From: an uncultured Pseudomonadota bacterium
Lineage (GTDB): Bacteria; Pseudomonadota; Alphaproteobacteria; RF32; CAG-239
Direction of reading: 5' to 3'
Length of the DNA stretch: 64,000 nt
Assembly: GCA_949297185.1 (NCBI GenBank)
Contig: CASFRM010000001.1
Span: 19,553 to 83,552 of the forward strand
Part shown: piece by piece, positions 38,708-47,129 of the stretch
How the letters are laid out: each line of letters begins with the position of its first letter
Numbering within the stretch: the stretch's first letter is position 1
Translations under genes and position numbers: made by a program
Notes under the pieces: model-generated
The model's input: only the letters and a program-made list of their open reading frames with translations
Told to the model about the DNA's origin: nothing
Database searches by the model: none

Positions 38708-40055
38708 TCTTTTTTTCCTGTCTTTTTTCTAAAAACTTTTCCAACCAGTGAATATTATACAGACCATCCACAAACTCTTGCGAAGAAATAATTTCCTCAT
38801 GCAAGGGCAGAGTAGTGGTAACGCCGCCGATAACAAACTCACGCAAAGCTCTTTTAAGTCTTAACAGAGCAGCGCTTCTGGTCGATCCTCTGACAATAAG
38901 TTTAGCAATCATACTGTCATAAAACGGCGGAATTCTGTAGCCCGAATAAGCTTCAGAATCAACTCTGACGCCAAGTCCGCCCGGAACATGCCATTCGGCA
39001 ATTTTACCTGGGCAAGGAATAAAGGTAAACGGATCCTCGGCATTGATACGGCATTCAATTGCCGCGCCTTGGAATTTCACATCATCTTGGGTGTATCCCA
39101 ATTTAGCACCGTTAGCGATTCTAATTTGTTCGCGAACGATATCAATATCGGTAACCGCTTCGGTAATCGGATGCTCAACTTGCAAACGCGTATTCATTTC
39201 CAAGAAATAAAATTCATCGTCTTCAAACAAAAATTCCAAAGTGCCGGCACCGAAATAACCGATTTTTTTGATAGCCGAGCAGACTATTCCAAAAATCTCG
39301 TTTCTTTTTTCTTGGTTTAGAGCCGGAGAAGGGGTCTCTTCAATCAGTTTTTGGTGCTTGCGTTGAATTGAGCAGTCGCGTTCTCCCAAGTGGATAACAT
39401 TACCGTGCATATCAGCCAAAATCTGAATTTCAATATGGCGAGGTTTTTGCAGGTATTTTTCCATAAATACCACATCACTGGTAAACGAAGACTTTGCCTC
39501 GGCTTTAGCCATAGTATAGGCAGTTTCGACTTCTTCTTCGTTAAAGGCTGTTTTCATACCTTTTCCGCCGCCGCCGTCTTTAGCTTTGATAATAACCGGA
39601 TAACCGATTTCTTTAGCCCATTTCTTAGCATCTTCGACCGATTCCAGTGCCGGAGAACCTTTGGTAACCGGCAAACCGGCTTCAATGGCTGCTTTTTTAG
39701 AGGCAATTTTGTCGCCCATCAAACGCATCTGTTCCGGAGTAGGTCCGATAAAAGTAAGACCATGTTTTATAACCATCTCGGCAAAATCGGCATTTTCAGA
39801 CAAAAAGCCGTATCCTGGGTGAATAGCATTAGCACCGGTAACGATAGCGGCAGAGATAATAGCCGTTTTATTGAGATAAGAATCTTTAGACTGCGGTCCG
39901 CCGATACAAACAGCCTCATCAGCCAAGCGAACATGCATGGCATCTCTATCGGCTGTAGAATGCACGGCCACGGTCTTAATTCCCATCTCATGGCAAGCAC
40001 GATTAATTCTCAAAGCCACTTCGCCGCGGTTGGCAATCAGTACTTTTTCAAACAT
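38697..40055 (-). CDS. accC: Biotin carboxylase subunit of acetyl-CoA carboxylase
   Basis: MFEKVLIANRGEVALRI, GGGGKGM, EMNTRLQVEHP. Confidence 0.96.
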   Translation of the reverse strand: MFEKVLIANRGEVALRINRACHEMGIKTVAVHSTADRDAMHVRLADEAVCIGGPQSKDSYLNKTAIISAAIVTGANAIHPGYGFLSENADFAEMVIKHGLTFIGPTPEQMRLMGDKIASKKAAIEAGLPVTKGSPALESVEDAKKWAKEIGYPVIIKAKDGGGGKGMKTAFNEEEVETAYTMAKAEAKSSFTSDVVFMEKYLQKPRHIEIQILADMHGNVIHLGERDCSIQRKHQKLIEETPSPALNQEKRNEIFGIVCSAIKKIGYFGAGTLEFLFEDDEFYFLEMNTRLQVEHPITEAVTDIDIVREQIRIANGAKLGYTQDDVKFQGAAIECRINAEDPFTFIPCPGKIAEWHVPGGLGVRVDSEAYSGYRIPPFYDSMIAKLIVRGSTRSAALLRLKRALREFVIGGVTTTLPLHEEIISSQEFVDGLYNIHWLEKFLEKRQEKKNDE

Positions 40056-40067
40056 ATCCGTTTTCTC

Positions 40068-40538
40068 TTACTCAATTACAAACAAAGGTTCGTCAAATTC
40101 AACGGCAGAGCCGGAAGTTACCAAAATTTCTCTGATAATACCGCCTCTGGGAGCCTTAATTTGGTTAAATGTTTTCATTGCTTCAATCAAGCAAATAACA
40201 TCACCTTCTTTAACCGTGTCACCGACTTTTACATAATCGGGGTCATTCGGGCTGGCCGAAAGATATAGCACACCGACCATGGGCGACTTGATTGTTTCGC
40301 CTTTTACGGCAACAGGGGCTTCGGCCACCGGAGCCGGAGCAGGGGTTTGAGCTTGAGCAACCGGAGCTGCAGGTTGCAAGACCGGAGCCGGAGCAACAAC
40401 AGTTTGAGCCACAACTTCTTTAGAACGGTTGGTAACAATGATATGTAAACCGTCTTTGTTATAATCAACAGATTCCAAGTCCAAATCACTAACTATTTTA
40501 GCAATGGATTCAATACAAGCAATATCGTCCTGAGCCAT
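40068..40538 (-). CDS. accB: Biotin carboxyl carrier protein
   Basis: Pro/Ala-rich linker and the CLIEAMKTFNQIKAP biotinyl-lysine motif. Confidence 0.94.
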   Translation of the reverse strand: MAQDDIACIESIAKIVSDLDLESVDYNKDGLHIIVTNRSKEVVAQTVVAPAPVLQPAAPVAQAQTPAPAPVAEAPVAVKGETIKSPMVGVLYLSASPNDPDYVKVGDTVKEGDVICLIEAMKTFNQIKAPRGGIIREILVTSGSAVEFDEPLFVIE

Positions 40539-41377
40539 TAGTTACCTTCCTTCATTTTAGCAAATTCGCCCAACAATTCGGAAACTTCTTGAGCTTTATT
40601 AATGTTACACATACCTTGTTTATTATAACCGCCGTCAACATGCAAAACTTCGCCGGTTACACCGCTGGCCAAATCGCTCAAAACATAAAGAGCAGAATTT
40701 CCGATATCATCAATGCTCATATTACGGCCGAGCAAACTGTTAGCCTTGTTCCAGCCCAAAATGTTGCGGAAATCACCGATACCTGCTGCAGCCAAAGTTC
40801 TAATCGGGCCAGCAGAGATAGCATTAACTCTGATGTTTTGGTCGCCCAAATCTCTGGCTAAATACATAACCGAAGTTTCCAAAGCCGATTTAGCAATACC
40901 CATAACATTATAGTTCGGGATAACTCTTTCGGCACCAAGGTAAGAAAGGGTTACAAAGCTTGCGCCATCATTAGCGATTTTAGCAGCTCTTGCACAAATA
41001 TCGGTAAATGAGTAGCAAGAAATGTGCATTGTATTCAAGAAGTTAGCTAATGTAGTGTCGCAGTATCTGCCTTTGAGTTCGTTTTTGTCTGAGAATGCAA
41101 CGGCATGAACAACAAAGTCAATTTTACCCCATTTCTTTTCAATTTCGGCAAACAAATTGTCCAAATCGTTGCTGTCTGTAACATTGCAGGGCATAATAAT
41201 GTTTGAGCCCAAGCTTTCGGCCAAAGTACGAACGCGTTTTTCCAAAGCTTCACCTTGATAGGTAAAAGCCATTTCTGCACCTTGCTCATGTAAAGCTTTT
41301 GCAATACCCCAAGCGATAGAGTGATCGTTAGCTAAACCGAACACAATACCTTTTTTGTTTTTCATAATATCTTTCAC
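40538..41377 (-). CDS. fabI: Enoyl-ACP reductase (NADH), FabI type
   Basis: GIVFGLANDHSIAWGIAK and YNVMGIAKSALE (Y-x6-K). Start/stop abut accB. Confidence 0.92.
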   Translation of the reverse strand: MKDIMKNKKGIVFGLANDHSIAWGIAKALHEQGAEMAFTYQGEALEKRVRTLAESLGSNIIMPCNVTDSNDLDNLFAEIEKKWGKIDFVVHAVAFSDKNELKGRYCDTTLANFLNTMHISCYSFTDICARAAKIANDGASFVTLSYLGAERVIPNYNVMGIAKSALETSVMYLARDLGDQNIRVNAISAGPIRTLAAAGIGDFRNILGWNKANSLLGRNMSIDDIGNSALYVLSDLASGVTGEVLHVDGGYNKQGMCNINKAQEVSELLGEFAKMKEGN

Positions 41378-41406
41378 TTAAATATCTCCTTGAAAATTAA
41401 ATAAAA

Positions 41407-42801
41407 TTAACGACCGCTCTTAATAGCTTCGATAAGTTCTTTGATAGAGGGCCAATTTCCCGTATTAAACAGCGGGTCGGTTTTAAATTTGAAAGCATTT
41501 TTTCCCGAAAATAAAATATTATCGAGAATGTTTCCGCCTTTGTGTCCTACTTCGATTAAAGACTTTCTGATGCAAAACGAACGCAAATCCGGTACTTTTC
41601 CGGTAGTTCCATTATGGCTGGACCAAGAAGAGAACTTGCAGGCAGATAAGCAACCGCAACAATCTTTTATATCTTCCATATCTTGCATTTTTTCATCTTT
41701 TGTCAAGAAAATCAGAGTATTGTCAGGTGTGATTGATAAGCAGGTTTTACCTTTTTTAGCTTGCTCATCAACAATATGCAAATCTTCTTTTCTAACAAAA
41801 TAAGTAGTGTTTTTAGAATAAACAACCGGTTCGGAAAATTCTTCGGTTTTTTCTTTAGAAAAAGGAATTTCGCTATTTTTGCGATCAAACAATTTCATAA
41901 TGAAAGAGTTCTTAATTGCCGAAGACAGAAAACCGGTCGGACTGAAATCTTGAATAACCACATCATCAAGATTAAGATGTAACATTAACTTTTTCCAAGC
42001 CTGAGAAATAGGGCTTTCTTGAGTTAACATCGGTCTGGTTCCGAATTGGAAACCTACTTTGCCGATTTCCGGATTATCGATATAATCTTGCCAATCGCTC
42101 AAAGACCATACACCGCCGGCAATGATGATTGGTATATCATTCAAACCGTTGGCATTCAATACTTTACGCAGTTCCACAACTTTTTCATAAGGGCTTTGCG
42201 GTTTTCCGACTTCGTCGGTATTAGAGAATCCGCAGTGTCCTCCGGCAAACCAAGGATCTTCATAAATAACCCCTCCCATAAATTCTTTGTATTTATCATA
42301 GCCGCGTTTAATCAATATTTGCAAAGCTCTGCCGGATGAAACAATCGGATAATAGAATACCTTAAATTGCGAGGTAAGCTCAGCCAATTTAATCGGCAAA
42401 CCGGCACCGGAAACCACACCGTTTATAACACCTTTGGCTCTTTCCAACACATTTTTAATCAGATATTGACTATCGGCCAATTCCCATAAAACATTCATAT
42501 TAATCAAGCCGTTACCGTTAGATATTTCATGAGCGATTTGAGCCTGAGAAACACAACCGTCCACAGCCTGATCCATCATTTGCTGATGTCTTTCGATTCT
42601 TGACTTGGCGGTAATATTTTCCAGTTGCAAATTACCGTCTTTATCTCTGATATCGGGAAATACGGCCGAGAAAGTACCGATACAATTTTCTTTAGCCCAA
42701 GCACCGGCGGTATGACCGTTGCTTACATTAACGCCGCGTCCGCCTTCAAAAAGCGGAAATACACTTTTACCGCACAAGTCCAAAGGTTTAAGCTCTTTCA
42801 T
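41407..42801 (-). CDS. Long NMO/FabK-family flavin oxidoreductase with Cys-rich C-terminal extension (possible second enoyl-ACP reductase)
   Basis: TIM-barrel motifs parallel to FabK: FPLFEGGRG, SGAGLP, EDPWFAGGHCG, IPIIIAGGV, QFGTRP. A further ~170 aa follow, containing CCGCLSACKFSSW and other Cys residues. ATG 42801 with AAGGAG upstream is preferred; the track start at 42885 would overlap accD. Confidence 0.7.
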   Translation of the reverse strand: MKELKPLDLCGKSVFPLFEGGRGVNVSNGHTAGAWAKENCIGTFSAVFPDIRDKDGNLQLENITAKSRIERHQQMMDQAVDGCVSQAQIAHEISNGNGLINMNVLWELADSQYLIKNVLERAKGVINGVVSGAGLPIKLAELTSQFKVFYYPIVSSGRALQILIKRGYDKYKEFMGGVIYEDPWFAGGHCGFSNTDEVGKPQSPYEKVVELRKVLNANGLNDIPIIIAGGVWSLSDWQDYIDNPEIGKVGFQFGTRPMLTQESPISQAWKKLMLHLNLDDVVIQDFSPTGFLSSAIKNSFIMKLFDRKNSEIPFSKEKTEEFSEPVVYSKNTTYFVRKEDLHIVDEQAKKGKTCLSITPDNTLIFLTKDEKMQDMEDIKDCCGCLSACKFSSWSSHNGTTGKVPDLRSFCIRKSLIEVGHKGGNILDNILFSGKNAFKFKTDPLFNTGNWPSIKELIEAIKSGR

Positions 42802-42805
42802 TTGA

Positions 42806-43669
42806 TTATTCTCCTTTAGTGTAGGTGTTACCGAGCAAATTAAGTAAAGTGATAAGTTTTTCACGCAAATCATGGCGACTAACAATCATGTCGACCATAC
42901 CGTGTTTTTTTAAGTATTCGGCTTTTTGAAAACCGGCCGGCAGGTCGGCTTTAATTGTTTCTTTAATCACTCTTGCACCGGCAAAAGCAATCAAAGCATC
43001 CGGTTCGGCAATAGTAATGTCGCCAAGCATTGCAAACGATGCCGAAACACCACCGGTTGTAGGATTGGTAAGTACGGCAATATAGGGCAGGTGATTATCT
43101 TTGAGTTGTTTTACGGCAAGAGTAGTTCTGGCCATTTGCATCAAAGACAAAATACCTTCTTGCATACGAGCACCGCCTGAGGCTGTAACCAAGATTAAAG
43201 GAACTTTGCGTTCCACCGCAAATTGAGCGGCTTGAACAATTCCTTCACCTACGGCCAATCCCATCGAACCGCCGATAAAGTTAAAGTTCATAACCCCGAT
43301 AACCACACCGTGACCACCCATTTTACCAAAAGCAGCAACGAAGGCATCATCGAACTTGGTCTTTTCGCGGGCTGATTTAAGTTTTGAGCGATAATCTTTG
43401 GTGTCCTTAAAATTCAAAGGATCTTCTTTAACTTTCGGGGCTTCCAAATAAGAATATTCTTCATCATCGAACAACATTCTAAATCTTTTACGCGGGCGCA
43501 AATACATATGATATCCGCAATGAGGGCAAACATATAGGTTTTTAGCCAACTCTTGTCCGTATATCATTGCATCGCATTGCGGGCATTTATCCCACAAATT
43601 ATCAGGCACATCTTTCTCAGTTTTAGCCACGGACAACTTAGGTCTAACATAATCAAGTAACCAATTCAT
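42806..43669 (-). CDS. accD: Acetyl-CoA carboxylase carboxyltransferase beta subunit
   Basis: Zn-ribbon CPQCDAMIYGQELAKNLYVCPHCGYH plus a carboxyltransferase domain. Confidence 0.95.
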   Translation of the reverse strand: MNWLLDYVRPKLSVAKTEKDVPDNLWDKCPQCDAMIYGQELAKNLYVCPHCGYHMYLRPRKRFRMLFDDEEYSYLEAPKVKEDPLNFKDTKDYRSKLKSAREKTKFDDAFVAAFGKMGGHGVVIGVMNFNFIGGSMGLAVGEGIVQAAQFAVERKVPLILVTASGGARMQEGILSLMQMARTTLAVKQLKDNHLPYIAVLTNPTTGGVSASFAMLGDITIAEPDALIAFAGARVIKETIKADLPAGFQKAEYLKKHGMVDMIVSRHDLREKLITLLNLLGNTYTKGE

Positions 43670-43684
43670 AGTAACACCTCTAAA

Positions 43685-44647
43685 TTAAGCAATTCTTGAC
43701 ATAGCCAAGAACTTTTCTTCTCTGTCTTTGGCCAAATCGGCAGGAGAGAGTTTCTTAAGCTCGGTTAAATGTTTCCAGATTACATCACCGGCGTGTTTAA
43801 CTGTTTCATCTCTAAAACGATGAGCACCGCCCAACGGTTCACGAATAATTTCATCAACTACACCGAATTTATGTAAATCTTGAGCTGTTAAATGCAAGGC
43901 TGTAGCAGCCTTTTTAACGGCTGAGCCGTCACGCCACAAAATAGATGCGCATCCTTCCGGAGAAATAACCGAATATATAGAGTGCTCAAGCATCAAAATG
44001 CGATTAGCGGTAGCCAAAGCAATAGCCCCGCCGGAACCGCCTTCGCCGATAACCACGGCAATATAAGGCACTTCCATCTTAAATCCTTCCATGATGCAAG
44101 AAGCGATAGCTTCGGCTTGTCCGCGCTCCTCACCTTCGATTCCGGGGAATGCACCGGCAGTATCAACCAAAGAAATAATCGGGATATTAAAATGGTTAGC
44201 CAATTCCATCAATCTCTTGGCTTTGCGGTAACCTTCAGGTTTAGGCATACCAAAGCCATGACGGATTCTGCTTTCCAAATCGTGACCTTTTTCTTGTCCT
44301 ATAACCATAACGGCCTGACCATTAAAGAATCCCAAGCCTCCTACGATAGCCTCATCTTCGCCGAACAATTTATCACCGGCCAAAGGCATAAAGTTTTCGA
44401 TTAAGGCATTAATATAATCAATGCTGTGCGGACGATTAGCGTGTCTGGCCACACAAACTTTCTGCCAAGGAGTAAGCTTTGTATAAGTTTCTTCCAGCAG
44501 TTTTTGTGTCTTTTTTTCCAAATTCGCTATTTCTTTATTGAAGTCTTTAGCCAAATTGTCATCACAACAAGATTTAAGTTCTTGAATTTTGGTATCAAGC
44601 TTATAAATCGGCTCTTCAAAATCCAAATAAATAGTTTTGTCAGCCAT
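43685..44647 (-). CDS. accA: Acetyl-CoA carboxylase carboxyltransferase alpha subunit
   Basis: LDFEEPI, ARHANRP, VDTAGAFPG, IGEGGSGGA. Confidence 0.95.
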   Translation of the reverse strand: MADKTIYLDFEEPIYKLDTKIQELKSCCDDNLAKDFNKEIANLEKKTQKLLEETYTKLTPWQKVCVARHANRPHSIDYINALIENFMPLAGDKLFGEDEAIVGGLGFFNGQAVMVIGQEKGHDLESRIRHGFGMPKPEGYRKAKRLMELANHFNIPIISLVDTAGAFPGIEGEERGQAEAIASCIMEGFKMEVPYIAVVIGEGGSGGAIALATANRILMLEHSIYSVISPEGCASILWRDGSAVKKAATALHLTAQDLHKFGVVDEIIREPLGGAHRFRDETVKHAGDVIWKHLTELKKLSPADLAKDREEKFLAMSRIA

Positions 44648-44669
44648 TAGTTAAATATCCTTAAAAATT

Positions 44670-45119
44670 TTATCTGCCCATCATAGCGGTAAGCAAAGCC
44701 TCGGCATGTACTACACCGTTGCATTTTGCCTGACATCTAAAACGATAAACACCGCGGCATTCTTTTTCTTTAACCACATGCATTTCCATAACATCACCGG
44801 GCAAGAAAGGTTTGCGAAACTTTGCTTCATCAATTCCCATAAACAAAACAGCCTTTGAGTTATCCCCTCCGATAACATCTTTAACGACAATACCGCAAGT
44901 TTGAGCCATAGCTTCCATAATCAAAACACCGGGCATAATCGGATTTTCAGGGAAGTGTCCGGTAAATTGCGGTTCGTTCATGGTAATGTTTTTAATACCG
45001 ATACCTTCTTCTCCGGCTCTGATAATTTTAACTTTATCCACCAGCAAAAACGGGTAGCGGTGCGGCAACATAGACAATATATCTTTAATATTCAGTTCCT
45101 TGATAACATTTTCTTCCAT
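44670..45119 (-). CDS. fabZ: 3-hydroxyacyl-ACP dehydratase
   Basis: LPHRYPFLLVDKV, FTGHFPENPIMPGVLIMEAMAQ. Confidence 0.95.
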   Translation of the reverse strand: MEENVIKELNIKDILSMLPHRYPFLLVDKVKIIRAGEEGIGIKNITMNEPQFTGHFPENPIMPGVLIMEAMAQTCGIVVKDVIGGDNSKAVLFMGIDEAKFRKPFLPGDVMEMHVVKEKECRGVYRFRCQAKCNGVVHAEALLTAMMGR

Positions 45120-45262
45120 GACATAAATTCCTTTCGTTATCGGTTAACATACATCAACAGTTACAAAAAATAAACAATATTTTGTGAGATTTGTAAAGTA
45201 CGCACTCACAAGCCTCATAGTTTCTGACCAGAAACCATGCGCACACAAAAACACTTCTGGGG

Positions 45263-45290
45263 ATAATACACTCAAAAAAACAAAAGTCAA
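45263..45290 (-). promoter_or_regulatory. Candidate sigma70 promoter of the fab-acc operon
   Basis: On the minus strand: -35 TTGACT (45290-45285), 16-nt spacer, -10 TATTAT (45268-45263). It predicts a ~135-nt leader before fabZ ATG 45119. Confidence 0.45.
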
Positions 45291-45302
45291 TCAGTTGATT
45301 GA
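45287..45302. promoter_or_regulatory. Perfect palindrome TCAATCA-GT-TGATTGA overlapping the fab -35 element (operator candidate)
   Basis: 7-bp inverted arms with a 2-bp spacer. It overlaps the TTGACT hexamer by 4 nt and lies in the 364-nt divergent intergenic region. Confidence 0.4.
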
Positions 45303-45414
45303 ATGTATAACTTTATAGAGTATAAAACAAAGTAAAAACAATGTGTTAGACCAGTGTATAAATAGCATAAAATCAAATTGACAAAACCAAATAATCATTT
45401 TTGTCTAAAAATAT

Positions 45415-45443
45415 TTGCAATATATTAATAATTATGGTAATAT
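45415..45443 (+). promoter_or_regulatory. Candidate sigma70 promoter for the GH24-domain gene
   Basis: -35 TTGCAA, 17-nt spacer, -10 TAATAT. AGGAA lies 8 nt before ATG 45484. Confidence 0.45.
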
Positions 45444-45483
45444 AAATTCATAAATAGAGTATTTTGCAAACAGGAATAAGACA

Positions 45484-47127
45484 ATGCCCCAAAAATCTTT
45501 AGAAGAATACATTCAAATTGTAGAAAAAGAATATAATAATTCGCAAGTCCAATATGCTGATGTTTTAGGGGTTAAACTTCCTATCCCCGTTTCATACAAA
45601 GGTAACGAAGAAGCATTTCTTGACGATGTATTAAGTTTTCAGGACAATCGCCACAAAGTTTATGACCTGTACAATTTAGTGAATAAAAACAAGCAAGTTC
45701 ACCCCAAAGAGATAAAGTACAAAGGTTTACATGTTATAGCCTCGCTGGACCAGACTTTACGTAACCTTCCAGATAGAGAAATTTTATCCAAGGCAGCTAA
45801 TAAAGCTACGAGACGATACACTTCAGCAATAAAAAAAGTATTACGGGCAAGGGCAGAACATCCTAAAAAGGACTTTGCTATAAGCATGAATAAAGATTAT
45901 TTATCTAAGCTTGATAAGTTGCATTATCTTAATAATTTGAAAGAAACTTCTAAAACTATCGGTAAAGGGCTTAAGTTTACGGCCGAACAAACGGCTCAAA
46001 TTTTAGGTGGAGCTTTGGGGGCTTTACCTGCTGTAGTTTATAATTTGAGCAACAAAAAATATCATTTTGCAGAAAATCGAGTTCACATGGCTATCAAAGA
46101 TAAAGCGTTGCCATATATTCGCAAAGGAGCTGTTAAAGCGCTTATAGTTGCATCCAGCATAGGCGGAGCGACCTTGGTTTCGCAAGTATCAAAAAATATA
46201 AAAGAAAATCAGCAGCGCATGGAAATTTCAAATAACGAAAAACAAGAAATGCAAGAGTTTTTGGCAAAACATAAAACCAATAACGAAGCTTTTTACTATA
46301 ACTATAAAAAAGCCCAAAATCTGGAAGCCGAAATATTGTGTTGTATAGCTACTTTTGAAAACTTTCGTGATACAGCTTATATATGTGAAGCAGGAGAAGA
46401 AACAATCGGTTACGGGACTCGCTATTATCCAAACGGCAGAAAAGTAAGGCTGGGCGACAGAATAACCAAAGAAGATGCGTATAAATATGCCGCCCACCAC
46501 TTAAGAAAATATGTTTACCCTGTATTTAAGCACATAGACAAGGAGCTTTCATCCAGTGAGGTCGTAGCGACCTGTATGTTTGTATACAATATGGATGAAA
46601 CCGAAGTTAAAGATTCCCATTACTTCAAGGTACTTAGTTCAAATGCTTCTGAATATAAGAAAAGCGTGGCTATATCAAAATATCGCAGCGTTAAAGGGAA
46701 ACGAAGCTACGGCTTAATTGGCCGTCGAGGCTACGAAGGTTTTATCATACAATCAGAAAATGTTCCGTTTTTCTTGACCCTCAATCGTTCTATCGTCGGT
46801 AGTCCTAATATGTCATATTTTGAATATCCAGAAACCGGTGGTAAAGATCCTATAGAGAACCCTGATTCAACATTTATTCCTCTAAAATTGGATAATCTGA
46901 AAAAACAAGCAGAAAGATTTGTAGCCAATGATATTGATAGTAGCGTACTAGGCTTATTACCGGAAGCTAAAAAAAATGAATTGATAGAAAAATATGGTAT
47001 TAAAGTTGTCGACAGTAGAGTAAAAGCTACTAAGTACCCAAAAATTGATATGATGCATGATATGGCACCCAAAAGAAACCTCGCATGGCATCAAGCATTA
47101 AAAATAGCACAAAGCAAAAGCAAGTAA
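45484..47127 (+). CDS. 547-aa protein with a central GH24 (phage-type) lysozyme domain, N-terminal ~290 aa of unknown function
   Basis: IATFENFRDTAYICEAGEETIGYGTRYY...ITKEDAYKYAAHHLRKYV...SSSEVVATCMFVYNM matches the GH24 pattern FEG.R..AY.D..G..TIGYG. Moderately hydrophobic segments lie at ILGGALGALPAVVYNL and ALIVASSIGGATLVSQV. Confidence 0.75.
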   Translation: MPQKSLEEYIQIVEKEYNNSQVQYADVLGVKLPIPVSYKGNEEAFLDDVLSFQDNRHKVYDLYNLVNKNKQVHPKEIKYKGLHVIASLDQTLRNLPDREILSKAANKATRRYTSAIKKVLRARAEHPKKDFAISMNKDYLSKLDKLHYLNNLKETSKTIGKGLKFTAEQTAQILGGALGALPAVVYNLSNKKYHFAENRVHMAIKDKALPYIRKGAVKALIVASSIGGATLVSQVSKNIKENQQRMEISNNEKQEMQEFLAKHKTNNEAFYYNYKKAQNLEAEILCCIATFENFRDTAYICEAGEETIGYGTRYYPNGRKVRLGDRITKEDAYKYAAHHLRKYVYPVFKHIDKELSSSEVVATCMFVYNMDETEVKDSHYFKVLSSNASEYKKSVAISKYRSVKGKRSYGLIGRRGYEGFIIQSENVPFFLTLNRSIVGSPNMSYFEYPETGGKDPIENPDSTFIPLKLDNLKKQAERFVANDIDSSVLGLLPEAKKNELIEKYGIKVVDSRVKATKYPKIDMMHDMAPKRNLAWHQALKIAQSKSK

Positions 47128-47129
47128 TA

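Noticed and set aside
39390-40268. 292-aa plus-strand ORF (with 38988-39320 and 39937-40236) across accC/accB
   Set aside because: - It is entirely antisense to strongly motif-supported accC and accB.
- The translation is low-complexity (F/R/S/N rich) with no motif and no RBS.
- Long antisense ORFs like this are typical opposite genes with biased codon usage.
42802-42885. Upstream-extended starts given by the ORF track (42885, and also 2200, 5544, 18734, 21314, 49394, 54025, 54593, 61780, 63146)
   Set aside because: - The extensions begin at TTG or GTG, or at Met codons inside the preceding gene, a terminator or a promoter hexamer.
- They lack an RBS.
- Downstream ATGs with Shine-Dalgarno sequences match the N-termini expected for the families.
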